From positions 448,001 through 512,000 of the forward strand of contig OZ241865.1 of assembly GCA_965203275.1 (NCBI GenBank): 64,000 nucleotides of DNA, given 5' to 3'. The translations under genes and the position numbers were made by a program. The notes below the pieces were generated by a model, which searched no databases, was not told the origin of the DNA, and worked only from the letters and a program-made list of their open reading frames with translations. Shown here in pieces: positions 20,719 to 29,011 of the stretch (within the stretch, counting starts at the first letter, position 1; each line of letters begins with the position of its first letter). The stretch is from Bdellovibrionales bacterium (GTDB lineage: Bacteria > Bdellovibrionota > Bdellovibrionia > Bdellovibrionales > JAUICD01).

Positions 20719-21222
20719 TTATTCTGTAGCTCCGGCCTCTCTTAATAGTTTTTGAATTTCAATATAACCTTCTCGATTAGCATAATATAAAGCCGTATAG
20801 TCACGGTCGTCTTGAAGATTGACTTTGGCTCCGGCCGCTAGCAATAGCTTTACAGCCTCAGTATGGCCGTTATAGCTTGCAAACACTAAAGCCGTATTGC
20901 CATCTTTGTCTTGAAGATTGACGTTCGCACCATATTCTATCAATAACCTTATAATACCTATACGGAAGTTGTTTAAATAACTAAAATAACTAGCTCTAAT
21001 TAAAGCCGTCCAGCCGTCATTTTCTCTTTGATAATTGACGTCCACACCTTTTTCTAGCAATTCCCTCACCGATCTATGGCTACCGAAAACAACGCGATTT
21101 AATAAGTCATTATTGAGTAATTCCCTCTCACTTTGATTTGGCATAAGGCTTTCAGAATAAGCCCATAGAGAATCACTAGAAACAAGCAAAGCAATAAATA
21201 GAATAAAAATATATTTTTTCAT
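20719..21222 (-). CDS. Secreted ankyrin-repeat protein
   Basis: GGAGG then ATG 21222; MKKYIFILFIALLVSSDSLWA signal peptide; GWTALIRAS, GNTALVFAS..GHTEAVKLLLAAGA, YTALYYA repeats. Confidence 0.92.
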   Translation of the reverse strand: MKKYIFILFIALLVSSDSLWAYSESLMPNQSERELLNNDLLNRVVFGSHRSVRELLEKGVDVNYQRENDGWTALIRASYFSYLNNFRIGIIRLLIEYGANVNLQDKDGNTALVFASYNGHTEAVKLLLAAGAKVNLQDDRDYTALYYANREGYIEIQKLLREAGATE

Positions 21223-21233
21223 TTGTACCTCCA

Positions 21234-21271
21234 TTTGATTTTATAACAACATATATCTAAAAAGTCAAGCC
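21234..21271 (-). promoter_or_regulatory. Putative sigma70 promoter TTGACT-N17-TATAAA for the ankyrin gene
   Basis: -35 at 21268-21263, -10 at 21245-21240; near-identical to 18604-18641. Confidence 0.6.
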
Positions 21272-21452
21272 TAGGTTATAAAAAACTAAAAAATGAGAAA
21301 TTTCTAAAGTCAACCTAAAAAAGTCTAACAATTACAAACACTTAATGCTGTAACTTTTATACAAAAGTCACAGTATTAACTTATTGAAATCACTGGAATT
21401 CCAATTTCCAAACCTAAATTCCTTACCTTTTCAAAGAAATCCATAAAAACGA

Positions 21453-21897
21453 ATATCTTGTTTCCTTAACATGGTGTTAAGAAACGAAGAGATCCTCCCC
21501 TACTCAAAGTGAACAGACTTTCTAGGCGATGACCATTTTATCGATGGCGAAAGCCATCGTGGTCATCGCCCAGGGTGTAAGAAGGAACTTTTTCCTTAAC
21601 ATGGTGTTAAGAAAAGAGGAGATCCTCCTTACTAAAAATAAACGGATTTTTGAGGCAATCAGCCTTTGATCGACGGCGTGAGCCGTCGGGCTGATTGCCC
21701 AAAAACAGCCAGAGGTTGGTTTATTTTTAGTGAAACAAATGACCATTTTGCCAATGGCGAAAGCCATTGCGGTCATTGCCAGAAAGTAGCCAGAGGCTAG
21801 ACCACTTTTAGTGAACCAGTGAAACAGGCCACTTTTAGTGAACCAGTGAAACAGGCCACTTTTAGTGAACCAGTGAAACAGACCACTTTTAGTGAAT
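21453..21897 (+). repeat. Modular repeat array: partial element, full element 21631-21735, truncated copy and three 27-bp tandem end fragments
   Basis: CCAGTGAAACAGRCCACTTTTAGTGAA x3 at 21815-21895. Confidence 0.9.
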
Positions 21898-21898
21898 A

Positions 21899-22627
21899 TT
21901 AGTGAGTATAGACGGCAATTGATTGATTGATACTTTTTGCTATTTCTTTTGTATCTTCAGACCTGGTCTTAGCTAAAGCTACTTGTTCTAATTTGTTGAC
22001 AATATCGTAAACATGAAGAATACTCATTCTTTTTGCCATGCAAGGCTCTGTATTGATCTTTGCCTCCGGACAAATCTTTGTAAATCGGTTATATGCTTTA
22101 TTGAAAACTGTATCTTTTAAAGTATGGTTGAATACCACCAAATAATAATATAGTGCTAATTTTTTATCTGTCTTTGCCTTTTTTGTGAGGGCTTTCAAAT
22201 TAGATTGTTCTTTCTTTAAATCTTCAATTTGCAAGTGACACCCTGGAATCTTATGTGCATTTTGATCGCAGAATTTTTGCACGGATTGGATTCTTTCTGG
22301 ATAAATACGATTTATTATTCCTTGAGGCTCTTTTTTATTGCTCCAGCGAGATAATCTAGTCAGTGCTTTTTTGTTTTGCTGAGCATTTCCTTTTTGAAAA
22401 ACAAGATCAGAAAGTTGCTTTAAAGAAACTCCAGTGATCTCTGTGATCTTTCGATACAAATCCTTACGTGGAGGTTCTTTTGCAAATGCAGATGCAGTCT
22501 TTTTTTGTTGTGGTTGTTTTACAATTCTAGCAAACACAAAATCCGTTAAAGTAAGCCCTATCAATAGAGCAAAAAAACCTTTCAATATCTGTCGTTTGAA
22601 TAGATCACTTTGATTGCAAATGAACAT
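21899..22627 (-). CDS. Hypothetical secreted basic protein
   Basis: 242-aa ORF, GGAG upstream, signal-like LKGFFALLIGLTLTDFVFA, Lys-rich. Confidence 0.7.
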   Translation of the reverse strand: MFICNQSDLFKRQILKGFFALLIGLTLTDFVFARIVKQPQQKKTASAFAKEPPRKDLYRKITEITGVSLKQLSDLVFQKGNAQQNKKALTRLSRWSNKKEPQGIINRIYPERIQSVQKFCDQNAHKIPGCHLQIEDLKKEQSNLKALTKKAKTDKKLALYYYLVVFNHTLKDTVFNKAYNRFTKICPEAKINTEPCMAKRMSILHVYDIVNKLEQVALAKTRSEDTKEIAKSINQSIAVYTH

Positions 22628-22663
22628 CTTAGAACTCCTTGTGCTGTTTGTTAGGTGATTGAC

Positions 22664-23974
22664 TTATTGGACACCACCACTTTCTTCATTAGAATCACTT
22701 CCACTGACTGAAGATCTACCACTTCCACCACGACCTAAAAATTGCTGATATGTACATCCTATGTGTTCTGTTTCTGAGGTACATTGACTTAATACATTCT
22801 GTATATGTAACATTTGAATATAAGCTCTATTGGCATCGAGCAATGAATTCCTATCATTTTCTCTGATATTCCCAGCTACTCTTTCAGCATTGTTTAGAAC
22901 ATCAGCATAAGGGAGTCGACTGCCACGGCATTGAATTAATCTAGAACATTCTTTGCCATCATTGTTCATTAAGTCGCGAGTTTGGCTCTTAATACGAGTG
23001 ATTTTATCATTCATATCGTCTCGGCAAAAATCTGGTAGTGATTTACTACGTCTTGCATATCCTCCAAGTACATTTCTATGATCCCACATACTTCCACCAG
23101 AAAAACTATGGTACCGCCACTGTTCATCATGGTTTCGCAATCTCACATATCGGTATCGATTACGATTTGTTGTACGAAAAAGTACAGACGCCCGCCTATC
23201 ATCTGGCGGTAAAAGGTTTTCAGCTATTTCTTGCATAAAAAACCGACCAGAACATCCTTTGCCAATAGGGTTTCCATCAATAAGTACATCAGATCTCCTT
23301 GTCATAAGGCAACTATAAGGTTTTAATTGGCTTACAGTTTGTTGGTTTAAACCTATATTCATATATCCTGAGTTTCCTCCTCCTATAAAAATTAACCTTT
23401 TTATGCGGAAACATGCATTAGAAACCTCTGCATTTAATTTTTCCAACATCTCATTTAGTGAAGCCACCTTAAGTATAAGATTCACTACTCCAGCATTCCT
23501 TGTGTTCATACCACTACCCCTAAAATAGGGAGAACATTCCATCTCTTTGTTTTGTTCTTCTTGTTTTTCTACAATACAAACACTAGCATCTTGTATCTGC
23601 CAGTCTTCACAATGTTTGAGTTTTTCACATATTTGTGCTGTTCCTGTGTTGGCTGTGCTTTGTGGTGTTGCTGTGTCTCGTGGTGCTTCTTCATTGACTG
23701 TTACTGTTTCTTTTATCGGAGGGATAAAATCAATAGCTCCATCTGATCTTTGTCTTACATTATCGGGTAGAGGCTCCGTACCACTTTGAGCCAATCCACT
23801 ATTTATTCCAGTACATATTATTAAGGCAAAAAGCAAACCACATTGTTGTTTTGCTATGAAATTTATAGTGTTTGTTATTCTTTTTAAAGACGTGTCTGCT
23901 AAAAAATAGCTATGACGCGATGTGTTGGGGGGGGGTGCTTGATTAATAAAAGTATGATGAATAAAAATAGTCAT
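22664..23974 (-). CDS. Hypothetical secreted Cys-rich protein, possible DUF4347/caspase-fold-like central domain
   Basis: 436-aa ORF with hydrophobic signal-like segment LLFALIICTGINSGLA; many Cys; IKRLIFIGGGNSG...VLIDGNPIGKG...FMQEIA segment. Confidence 0.65.
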   Translation of the reverse strand: MTIFIHHTFINQAPPPNTSRHSYFLADTSLKRITNTINFIAKQQCGLLFALIICTGINSGLAQSGTEPLPDNVRQRSDGAIDFIPPIKETVTVNEEAPRDTATPQSTANTGTAQICEKLKHCEDWQIQDASVCIVEKQEEQNKEMECSPYFRGSGMNTRNAGVVNLILKVASLNEMLEKLNAEVSNACFRIKRLIFIGGGNSGYMNIGLNQQTVSQLKPYSCLMTRRSDVLIDGNPIGKGCSGRFFMQEIAENLLPPDDRRASVLFRTTNRNRYRYVRLRNHDEQWRYHSFSGGSMWDHRNVLGGYARRSKSLPDFCRDDMNDKITRIKSQTRDLMNNDGKECSRLIQCRGSRLPYADVLNNAERVAGNIRENDRNSLLDANRAYIQMLHIQNVLSQCTSETEHIGCTYQQFLGRGGSGRSSVSGSDSNEESGGVQ

Positions 23975-24156
23975 AATAAACCTCTTTAAGTTTAATATTT
24001 TACTTGTTTAGTTTAAATAATTTTTAAGTTCTAAATATCTAAATAATGGTTCGGTTCAACTTATGAGATTCTTTATATTTTATTTTAAATAATTTCATAT
24101 AACGCTCATTTTTATTACTATGGTCTAGCTTCAAATAAAGTCCTAAACATTTTGTT

Positions 24157-24279
24157 GATCCGGGATCTGGGATCTGGGATCCGGGATCTGGGATCTGGGA
24201 TCCGGGATCCGGAATCTGGCATCCGGGATCCGGGATCTGGGATCCGGGATCCGGCAATTGGGCAACCCGGCATCAGGTC
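24157..24279 (+). repeat. Irregular heptamer tract (GGGATCC/GGGATCT/GGCATCC) ending GGCAACCCGGCATCAG
   Basis: About 15 degenerate 7-mers directly upstream of the four-helix-bundle gene. Confidence 0.92.
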
Positions 24280-24313
24280 CTAAAGCATTGATTGTAATGA
24301 ATTTTTTCATCTA

Positions 24314-24363
24314 AAAAATTTCCTCCCAAGCCCTGGCGGGTTTTTAGAAAGGAGGAAATTTTT
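24314..24363 (+). promoter_or_regulatory. 13-bp stem that sequesters the GGAGG Shine-Dalgarno of the four-helix-bundle gene
   Basis: AAAAATTTCCTCC (24314-24326) is the exact reverse complement of GGAGGAAATTTTT (24351-24363); ATG at 24364. Confidence 0.65.
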
Positions 24364-24669
24364 ATGACGATGAAAAAATTCAAAACTTACCAATTAGCTA
24401 CTGAATTTTATCGTAATTCTAAAAAATTACACCTGAAAGAGCCTCATAGAAGTCAATTTCGAAGGGCTGTCTCAAGTATTGTACTTAACTTAGCTGAAGG
24501 ATCTGCTAAACCTACAGCAAAAGATCGTAGGAAATTTTACTATATTAGCCTTGGTTCTCTAAGAGAAGTTCAAGCAATATTAGATTTGGAGCTTATTGGT
24601 TGTATGGAATTAGCAAAACAAGCTGATAAATTAGGAGCTTATTTATACAAGTTGTGTAAAAACACTTAA
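24364..24669 (+). CDS. Four-helix-bundle protein (23S rRNA-IVS protein / Avd-like family)
   Basis: YQLA.EFY, QFRRAVSSIVLNLAEG, DRRKFYYISLGSLREVQ signature; strong SD. Confidence 0.9.
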   Translation: MTMKKFKTYQLATEFYRNSKKLHLKEPHRSQFRRAVSSIVLNLAEGSAKPTAKDRRKFYYISLGSLREVQAILDLELIGCMELAKQADKLGAYLYKLCKNT

Positions 24670-24685
24670 AATCAAATTTAATTTT

Positions 24686-25719
24686 CCCGGGATCCGGTAT
24701 CTGGGATCCGGCAGCCGGCAACCCGGCATCAGAAGGAAAACTTTTTCCTTAACATCGTGTTAAAAAACGAGGAGATCCTCCCCTACTCAAAATGAGCGGA
24801 TTTTTTAGATGTTGCCTATTTTGTCAAAGGCGAAAGCCATTGCGGTCATTGCCCAAAAGTGGCCAGAGGCCAGTTCACTTTGAGTGAACCAACGGCATTG
24901 CTCTTTTAATATAATTTTAAAGGCATTTTGTTTCCTTAACATCGTGTAAAGAGACGAGAGGGTCCTTTCTACTAAAAGTGGTCAAGCTTTCTAGGCAATG
25001 ACCATTTTGCCAATGGCGAAAGCCATTGCGGTCATTGCCAAAAAGTAGCCAGAGGCTAGACCACTTTTAGTGAGCCAATGCCCAAAAACAGCCAGAGGCT
25101 GGTTTATTTTTAGTGAAAAAGATGAGAAGGCGAAAGCCTTCGGCTGACAACCCAAAAGTGACCAGAGGTCAGTTTACTTTGAGTGAAAATCAAATAAGAC
25201 AATGACCATTTTGCCAATGGCGAAATAAAAAGTGAAATAAATATCTTATTTCCTTAACATGGTGTTAAGAAACGAAGAGATCCTCCCTACTCAAAGTGAA
25301 CAGGCTTTCTAGGCGATGACTATTTTATCGATGTGAAATAAACATCTTGTTTCCTTAACATGATTTTCATCCGGGATCTGGGATCAGGCAACACGGCATC
25401 AGAAAGGACTTTTTCCTTAACATGGTGTTAAGAAATGAGGACATCCTCCTTCCTAAAATTGAACAAGCTTTTGAGGCGATGACCATTTTATCGATGTGAA
25501 ATAAACATCTTGTTTCCTTAACATGATTTTCATCCGGGATCTGGGATCAGGCAACACGGCATCAGAAAGGACTTTTTCCTTAACATGTGGTTAAAAAACG
25601 AAGATATCCTCCCTACTCAAAGTGAACAGGCTTTCTAGGCGATGACTATTTTATCGATGGCGAAAGCCATCGTGGTCATCGCCAGAAAGTGACCAGAGGT
25701 CAGTTCACTTTGAGTGAAA
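24686..25719 (+). repeat. Largest modular array: heptamers, module A, elements 24785-24888 (chimeric), 24971-25073, 25615-25719, truncated copies and a ~110-bp internal duplication
   Basis: 25311-25423 is repeated at 25474-25586 (offset 163, one mismatch). Confidence 0.9.
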
Positions 25720-26541
25720 AGAGTTGGGAGTTAAAGGTCCATCCCAAGAATAATTTTTTTCTACAGCATAATTATGTAAGTTACTTATTCTGTTTTCAAA
25801 ATGAGGATGTGTAGATAAAAAATCTGGTATTTGATCTAAAAAGCTTCCTTCCTGCTCTTCAGACATTCTTTGAAAAAAGCTTTTACTTCCATTAACATGG
25901 CCATACTTTTTATAAAGACAATCTAAGCCAAAATAATCAGCTTGTACTTCTTGTTCTCTTATGAATCGTCGCCCTGCCAAAAAATCAATAGAATGACTAT
26001 AACCACCAGAAGGTGAAACTAAAGAAACAACCATCATCCATATTATATGCAACCCTGCCTGATGAATGACATGCCTGTGATACAAATGCCCTAACTCATG
26101 GCAGATCACCATAGCTATTTCATTTTCTGATTGTGCTTTTTCAATTAAACCTTGTGTGAGCAACATCCTTCCACCTACTGTCATATAAGCATTCTGAGAA
26201 GTTGTCTCTAAAGTATCTACTTTGAGTTTGAGATGAGGTTCTGATGTAAAAGATTGCCACAATTCATTTGCTAAATGAATGACTTCTGGTTTTGTTTGTA
26301 TTAAAAAATTAGAATCTGACTCAAATCGAAAAACTTCACTCCCCCATCTCATTTCCATCTCTGGTGTGATATAGTGAACAAGCCAACCTAAAAGCAAATG
26401 CATAATGAAAAAAGCTGTAGCAATAAGAAGCATTGCTGGTAATAGTATCTGATAAAGAGCTACCAAAGGATGTTCTTTAGGTGTATTAATTCCTTCTGGA
26501 ATTTCTTTAGGGACATACAAAATAAAACTCCTTTTAAACAT
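25705..26541 (-). CDS. M48-family metallopeptidase
   Basis: QNAY...GG, VICHELGH zinc motif, EVQAD, LSTHP..ENRI; last codons lie inside the repeat element. Confidence 0.9.
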   Translation of the reverse strand: MFKRSFILYVPKEIPEGINTPKEHPLVALYQILLPAMLLIATAFFIMHLLLGWLVHYITPEMEMRWGSEVFRFESDSNFLIQTKPEVIHLANELWQSFTSEPHLKLKVDTLETTSQNAYMTVGGRMLLTQGLIEKAQSENEIAMVICHELGHLYHRHVIHQAGLHIIWMMVVSLVSPSGGYSHSIDFLAGRRFIREQEVQADYFGLDCLYKKYGHVNGSKSFFQRMSEEQEGSFLDQIPDFLSTHPHFENRISNLHNYAVEKNYSWDGPLTPNSFHSK

Positions 26542-26542
26542 T

Positions 26543-27721
26543 TTAAATATTTATTTTATTAATTTCTTTAAGAATATGTAACAAACCCATCACTATTATA
26601 TCATCTTTATAAGGGAATCGATCATGTCCTCCATAGATCACAAGCTTTCTATCAGCTTTGATATCTTGACATGCATTGTGATAACCTCTGGAGACTTTAA
26701 AATTTTCTGCACTTTTTTTTATCTCAATAGCCCATAACTCCTGTCCTATCTTTAAAACCAAATCTATTTCAGCACCTGCTGCTGTTCTGTAAAAAGAAGC
26801 TTCTACAGTGTGAGGCAATATAGATAATATATTGCAAATAACAAAGCCTTCCCAACTTGCTCCAATAATAGGATGTGAAAGCAATTGATTATAGTTTGCA
26901 ATATTTAACAAACTGTGCAGAATACCTGTATCATTAATGTATATACGATAAGATTTAACTAATCTCTTTTTGGTATGCATATATAGAGGACAGAGTTTTC
27001 TAATCAAAAATAATTCACACAATATGTCTATATAATTCTGCACTGTCTTGCTACTTAAACTTAAACTCTTTGCCAGCTCTGATATATTTAATAATTTCCC
27101 ATTATAATGTGCTAACATAATTAATAATCTTTGTAATTGTTCCACTGGAATACGAAAACCTAGCTGAGGAATATCACGCTCTAAATAAGTCATTATAAAA
27201 TCTTTTCTCCATTGAAAACTCAAATGACCTGCATTGAGGTAACTGTTAGGGAAACCTCCCCTCAACCAGAGTTTTATAATGTCTCTTTGTGATTGAGATG
27301 GCACTTCTAATAAATTGAAGCCATACATATTGATGTAGCTGATCCTACCTGCAAGACTCTCTGATGACTGTTTGATTAAATGCTTAGATGCTGAACCTAA
27401 AATTAAATATTTGCATGGTCTTCTATTTTCATCAATCAGAACTCTTAATATAGGGAACAAATCTGGTTTTCTTTGAACTTCATCAATAATGACTAAGCTC
27501 TCTTTGTGTTGAGATAAAAAAGTATAAGGATCATTGAGTTTCAATAAATCTTTAGGTGCTTCTAGATCTAAGTAAACTTTCTGATGTTGATTGGTTATAA
27601 ATTCTTTAACTAAAGTGCTTTTACCCACTTGCCTTGGACCTAAAATAGCCACTGTAGGGTTGCTCTGAAGTCTGTATTTTATTTTTGAGGATATCAAACG
27701 ATGAAATAATTGACCTTGCAT
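26543..27721 (-). CDS. AAA+ ATPase, AAA_14 + DUF4143 (COG1373) type
   Basis: GPRQVGKST, IDEVQR, LGSAS, ESLAGR, RGGFP, TYLERDI, C-terminal EIDLVL...AIEIK nuclease-like motif. Confidence 0.92.
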   Translation of the reverse strand: MQGQLFHRLISSKIKYRLQSNPTVAILGPRQVGKSTLVKEFITNQHQKVYLDLEAPKDLLKLNDPYTFLSQHKESLVIIDEVQRKPDLFPILRVLIDENRRPCKYLILGSASKHLIKQSSESLAGRISYINMYGFNLLEVPSQSQRDIIKLWLRGGFPNSYLNAGHLSFQWRKDFIMTYLERDIPQLGFRIPVEQLQRLLIMLAHYNGKLLNISELAKSLSLSSKTVQNYIDILCELFLIRKLCPLYMHTKKRLVKSYRIYINDTGILHSLLNIANYNQLLSHPIIGASWEGFVICNILSILPHTVEASFYRTAAGAEIDLVLKIGQELWAIEIKKSAENFKVSRGYHNACQDIKADRKLVIYGGHDRFPYKDDIIVMGLLHILKEINKINI

Positions 27722-27765
27722 AAAACTCCCTCTTAATGAATGAAAACCTATCTTATATTATTTTC

Positions 27766-27933
27766 GGATATAAATTCCCAAAATGCAAGGTTAAATTTAA
27801 AAATAACCTTGTATTTTTGGATATAGACTCCCAAAATGCAAGGCTAAATTTAAAAATAACCTTGTATTTTTGGATATAGACTCCCAAAATGCAAGGTTAA
27901 ATTTAAAAATAACCTTGCATTTTTGGATATAGA
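27766..27933. repeat. Three tandem 53-bp units, each with an inverted repeat AAAATGCAAGGTTA-N10-TAACCTTGYATTTT (operator-like)
   Basis: CCCAAAATGCAAGG at 27777, 27830, 27883; upstream of the AAA+ gene. Confidence 0.9.
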
Positions 27934-27995
27934 AACCTTGAAATTATATTAAGGTATTGGTTTTATTAAGAAAATTTATATTTCTATAGAAGCAA

Positions 27996-28460
27996 TCAAT
28001 GGCTTGACTTCTTTTTAATAGCAGTTGCGTATGCAAACACTTCGACGGCAGGCAGTGCAAATCCACCTTTTTGCATATTGCCACCATAGATAGAAGAATG
28101 TTCTAATCGCATATTGATAATTTTTTCTGCTCCCCAGCGAGCAGCCTTTTCTTTCATACGTAAAATAGCTTCTCTTCGCCCGCGATCAAGGAGGGTTTCA
28201 TATTCGCGTATACGGCCTCCAAAAAACATTCGCAGTGCTGATATAAATGTTTTAAAATAGTCTGAAGAAATAACAACGCCTCCAGTAAATAAAATACCCT
28301 CTTCATCTTCTTCGATACATTCTTGCCATCTACTTGTAATGATAGGGATATGATGAAACTTTTTTTCTCTTAGGCGTATTCTTTTATAATGTCTGACTTC
28401 AAATGAACGACCTGTAAGATATCCAGTAATGAGTAGAATAATAGAAATAAGCAGTTCCAT
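27996..28460 (-). CDS. Membrane-anchored YbjQ-like (heavy-metal-binding domain) protein
   Basis: DYFK.F...LR.FFGG.I..YETLLDRGRREAILRM, EVFAYATA. Confidence 0.85.
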   Translation of the reverse strand: MELLISIILLITGYLTGRSFEVRHYKRIRLREKKFHHIPIITSRWQECIEEDEEGILFTGGVVISSDYFKTFISALRMFFGGRIREYETLLDRGRREAILRMKEKAARWGAEKIINMRLEHSSIYGGNMQKGGFALPAVEVFAYATAIKKKSSH

Positions 28461-28825
28461 TATTCCACCTTAACTGCTGTGCCATAAGCAAAAAGTTCTG
28501 CTGCTCCTGCTGCAATAGCAGAGGTAGCAAAGCGAACATTCACAATAGCATTGGCTCCTAAAGCCCTCGCTTGAGCAACCATACGAGAAAGAGCTTCTTC
28601 TCGGCTTTCTTGTAAAAGTTCTGTGTATCCTTTCAGCTCTCCACCAAATATATTTTTAAAACCAGCCATAATATCTCTGCCGACATGTTTTGCTCTTATG
28701 GTACTGCCCTGCACTAAACCATAATGCTCTACAATAGTCTTCCCTGGTATGATTTCAATATTTGAGAGAAGGATTTTTCCTGTTCCTATATGATAACGAC
28801 CTATAGGGTTATTACGATTGATCAT
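28460..28825 (-). CDS. YbjQ family protein (UPF0145)
   Basis: GRDIMAGFKNIFGGELKGYTELL.ESREEA..RM...A..LGANAIVNVRF, AYGTAV. Confidence 0.93.
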   Translation of the reverse strand: MINRNNPIGRYHIGTGKILLSNIEIIPGKTIVEHYGLVQGSTIRAKHVGRDIMAGFKNIFGGELKGYTELLQESREEALSRMVAQARALGANAIVNVRFATSAIAAGAAELFAYGTAVKVE

Positions 28826-29011
28826 TGGACTCCTTTCTTGTCTTTTAAGATGAATAAAAAATCATATATATTTAAGTTTGTAAACTTTATTTATATCTAT
28901 CGGTTTGACAATTATTAAACTTAAGAGCAAATAACCAATAAATAAGTAGTTATTTAAAAACAAAATAATATAAGCACTCTACAGTTTTAAAATCCATGTT
29001 TCTTATATTCA

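Noticed and set aside
21341..21400. Imperfect palindrome with an IHF-like flank (similar arrangement at 7129-7190) as a mobile-element end
   Set aside because: The two sites share no clear sequence identity, and no partner end or recombinase was found; may be ordinary regulator sites
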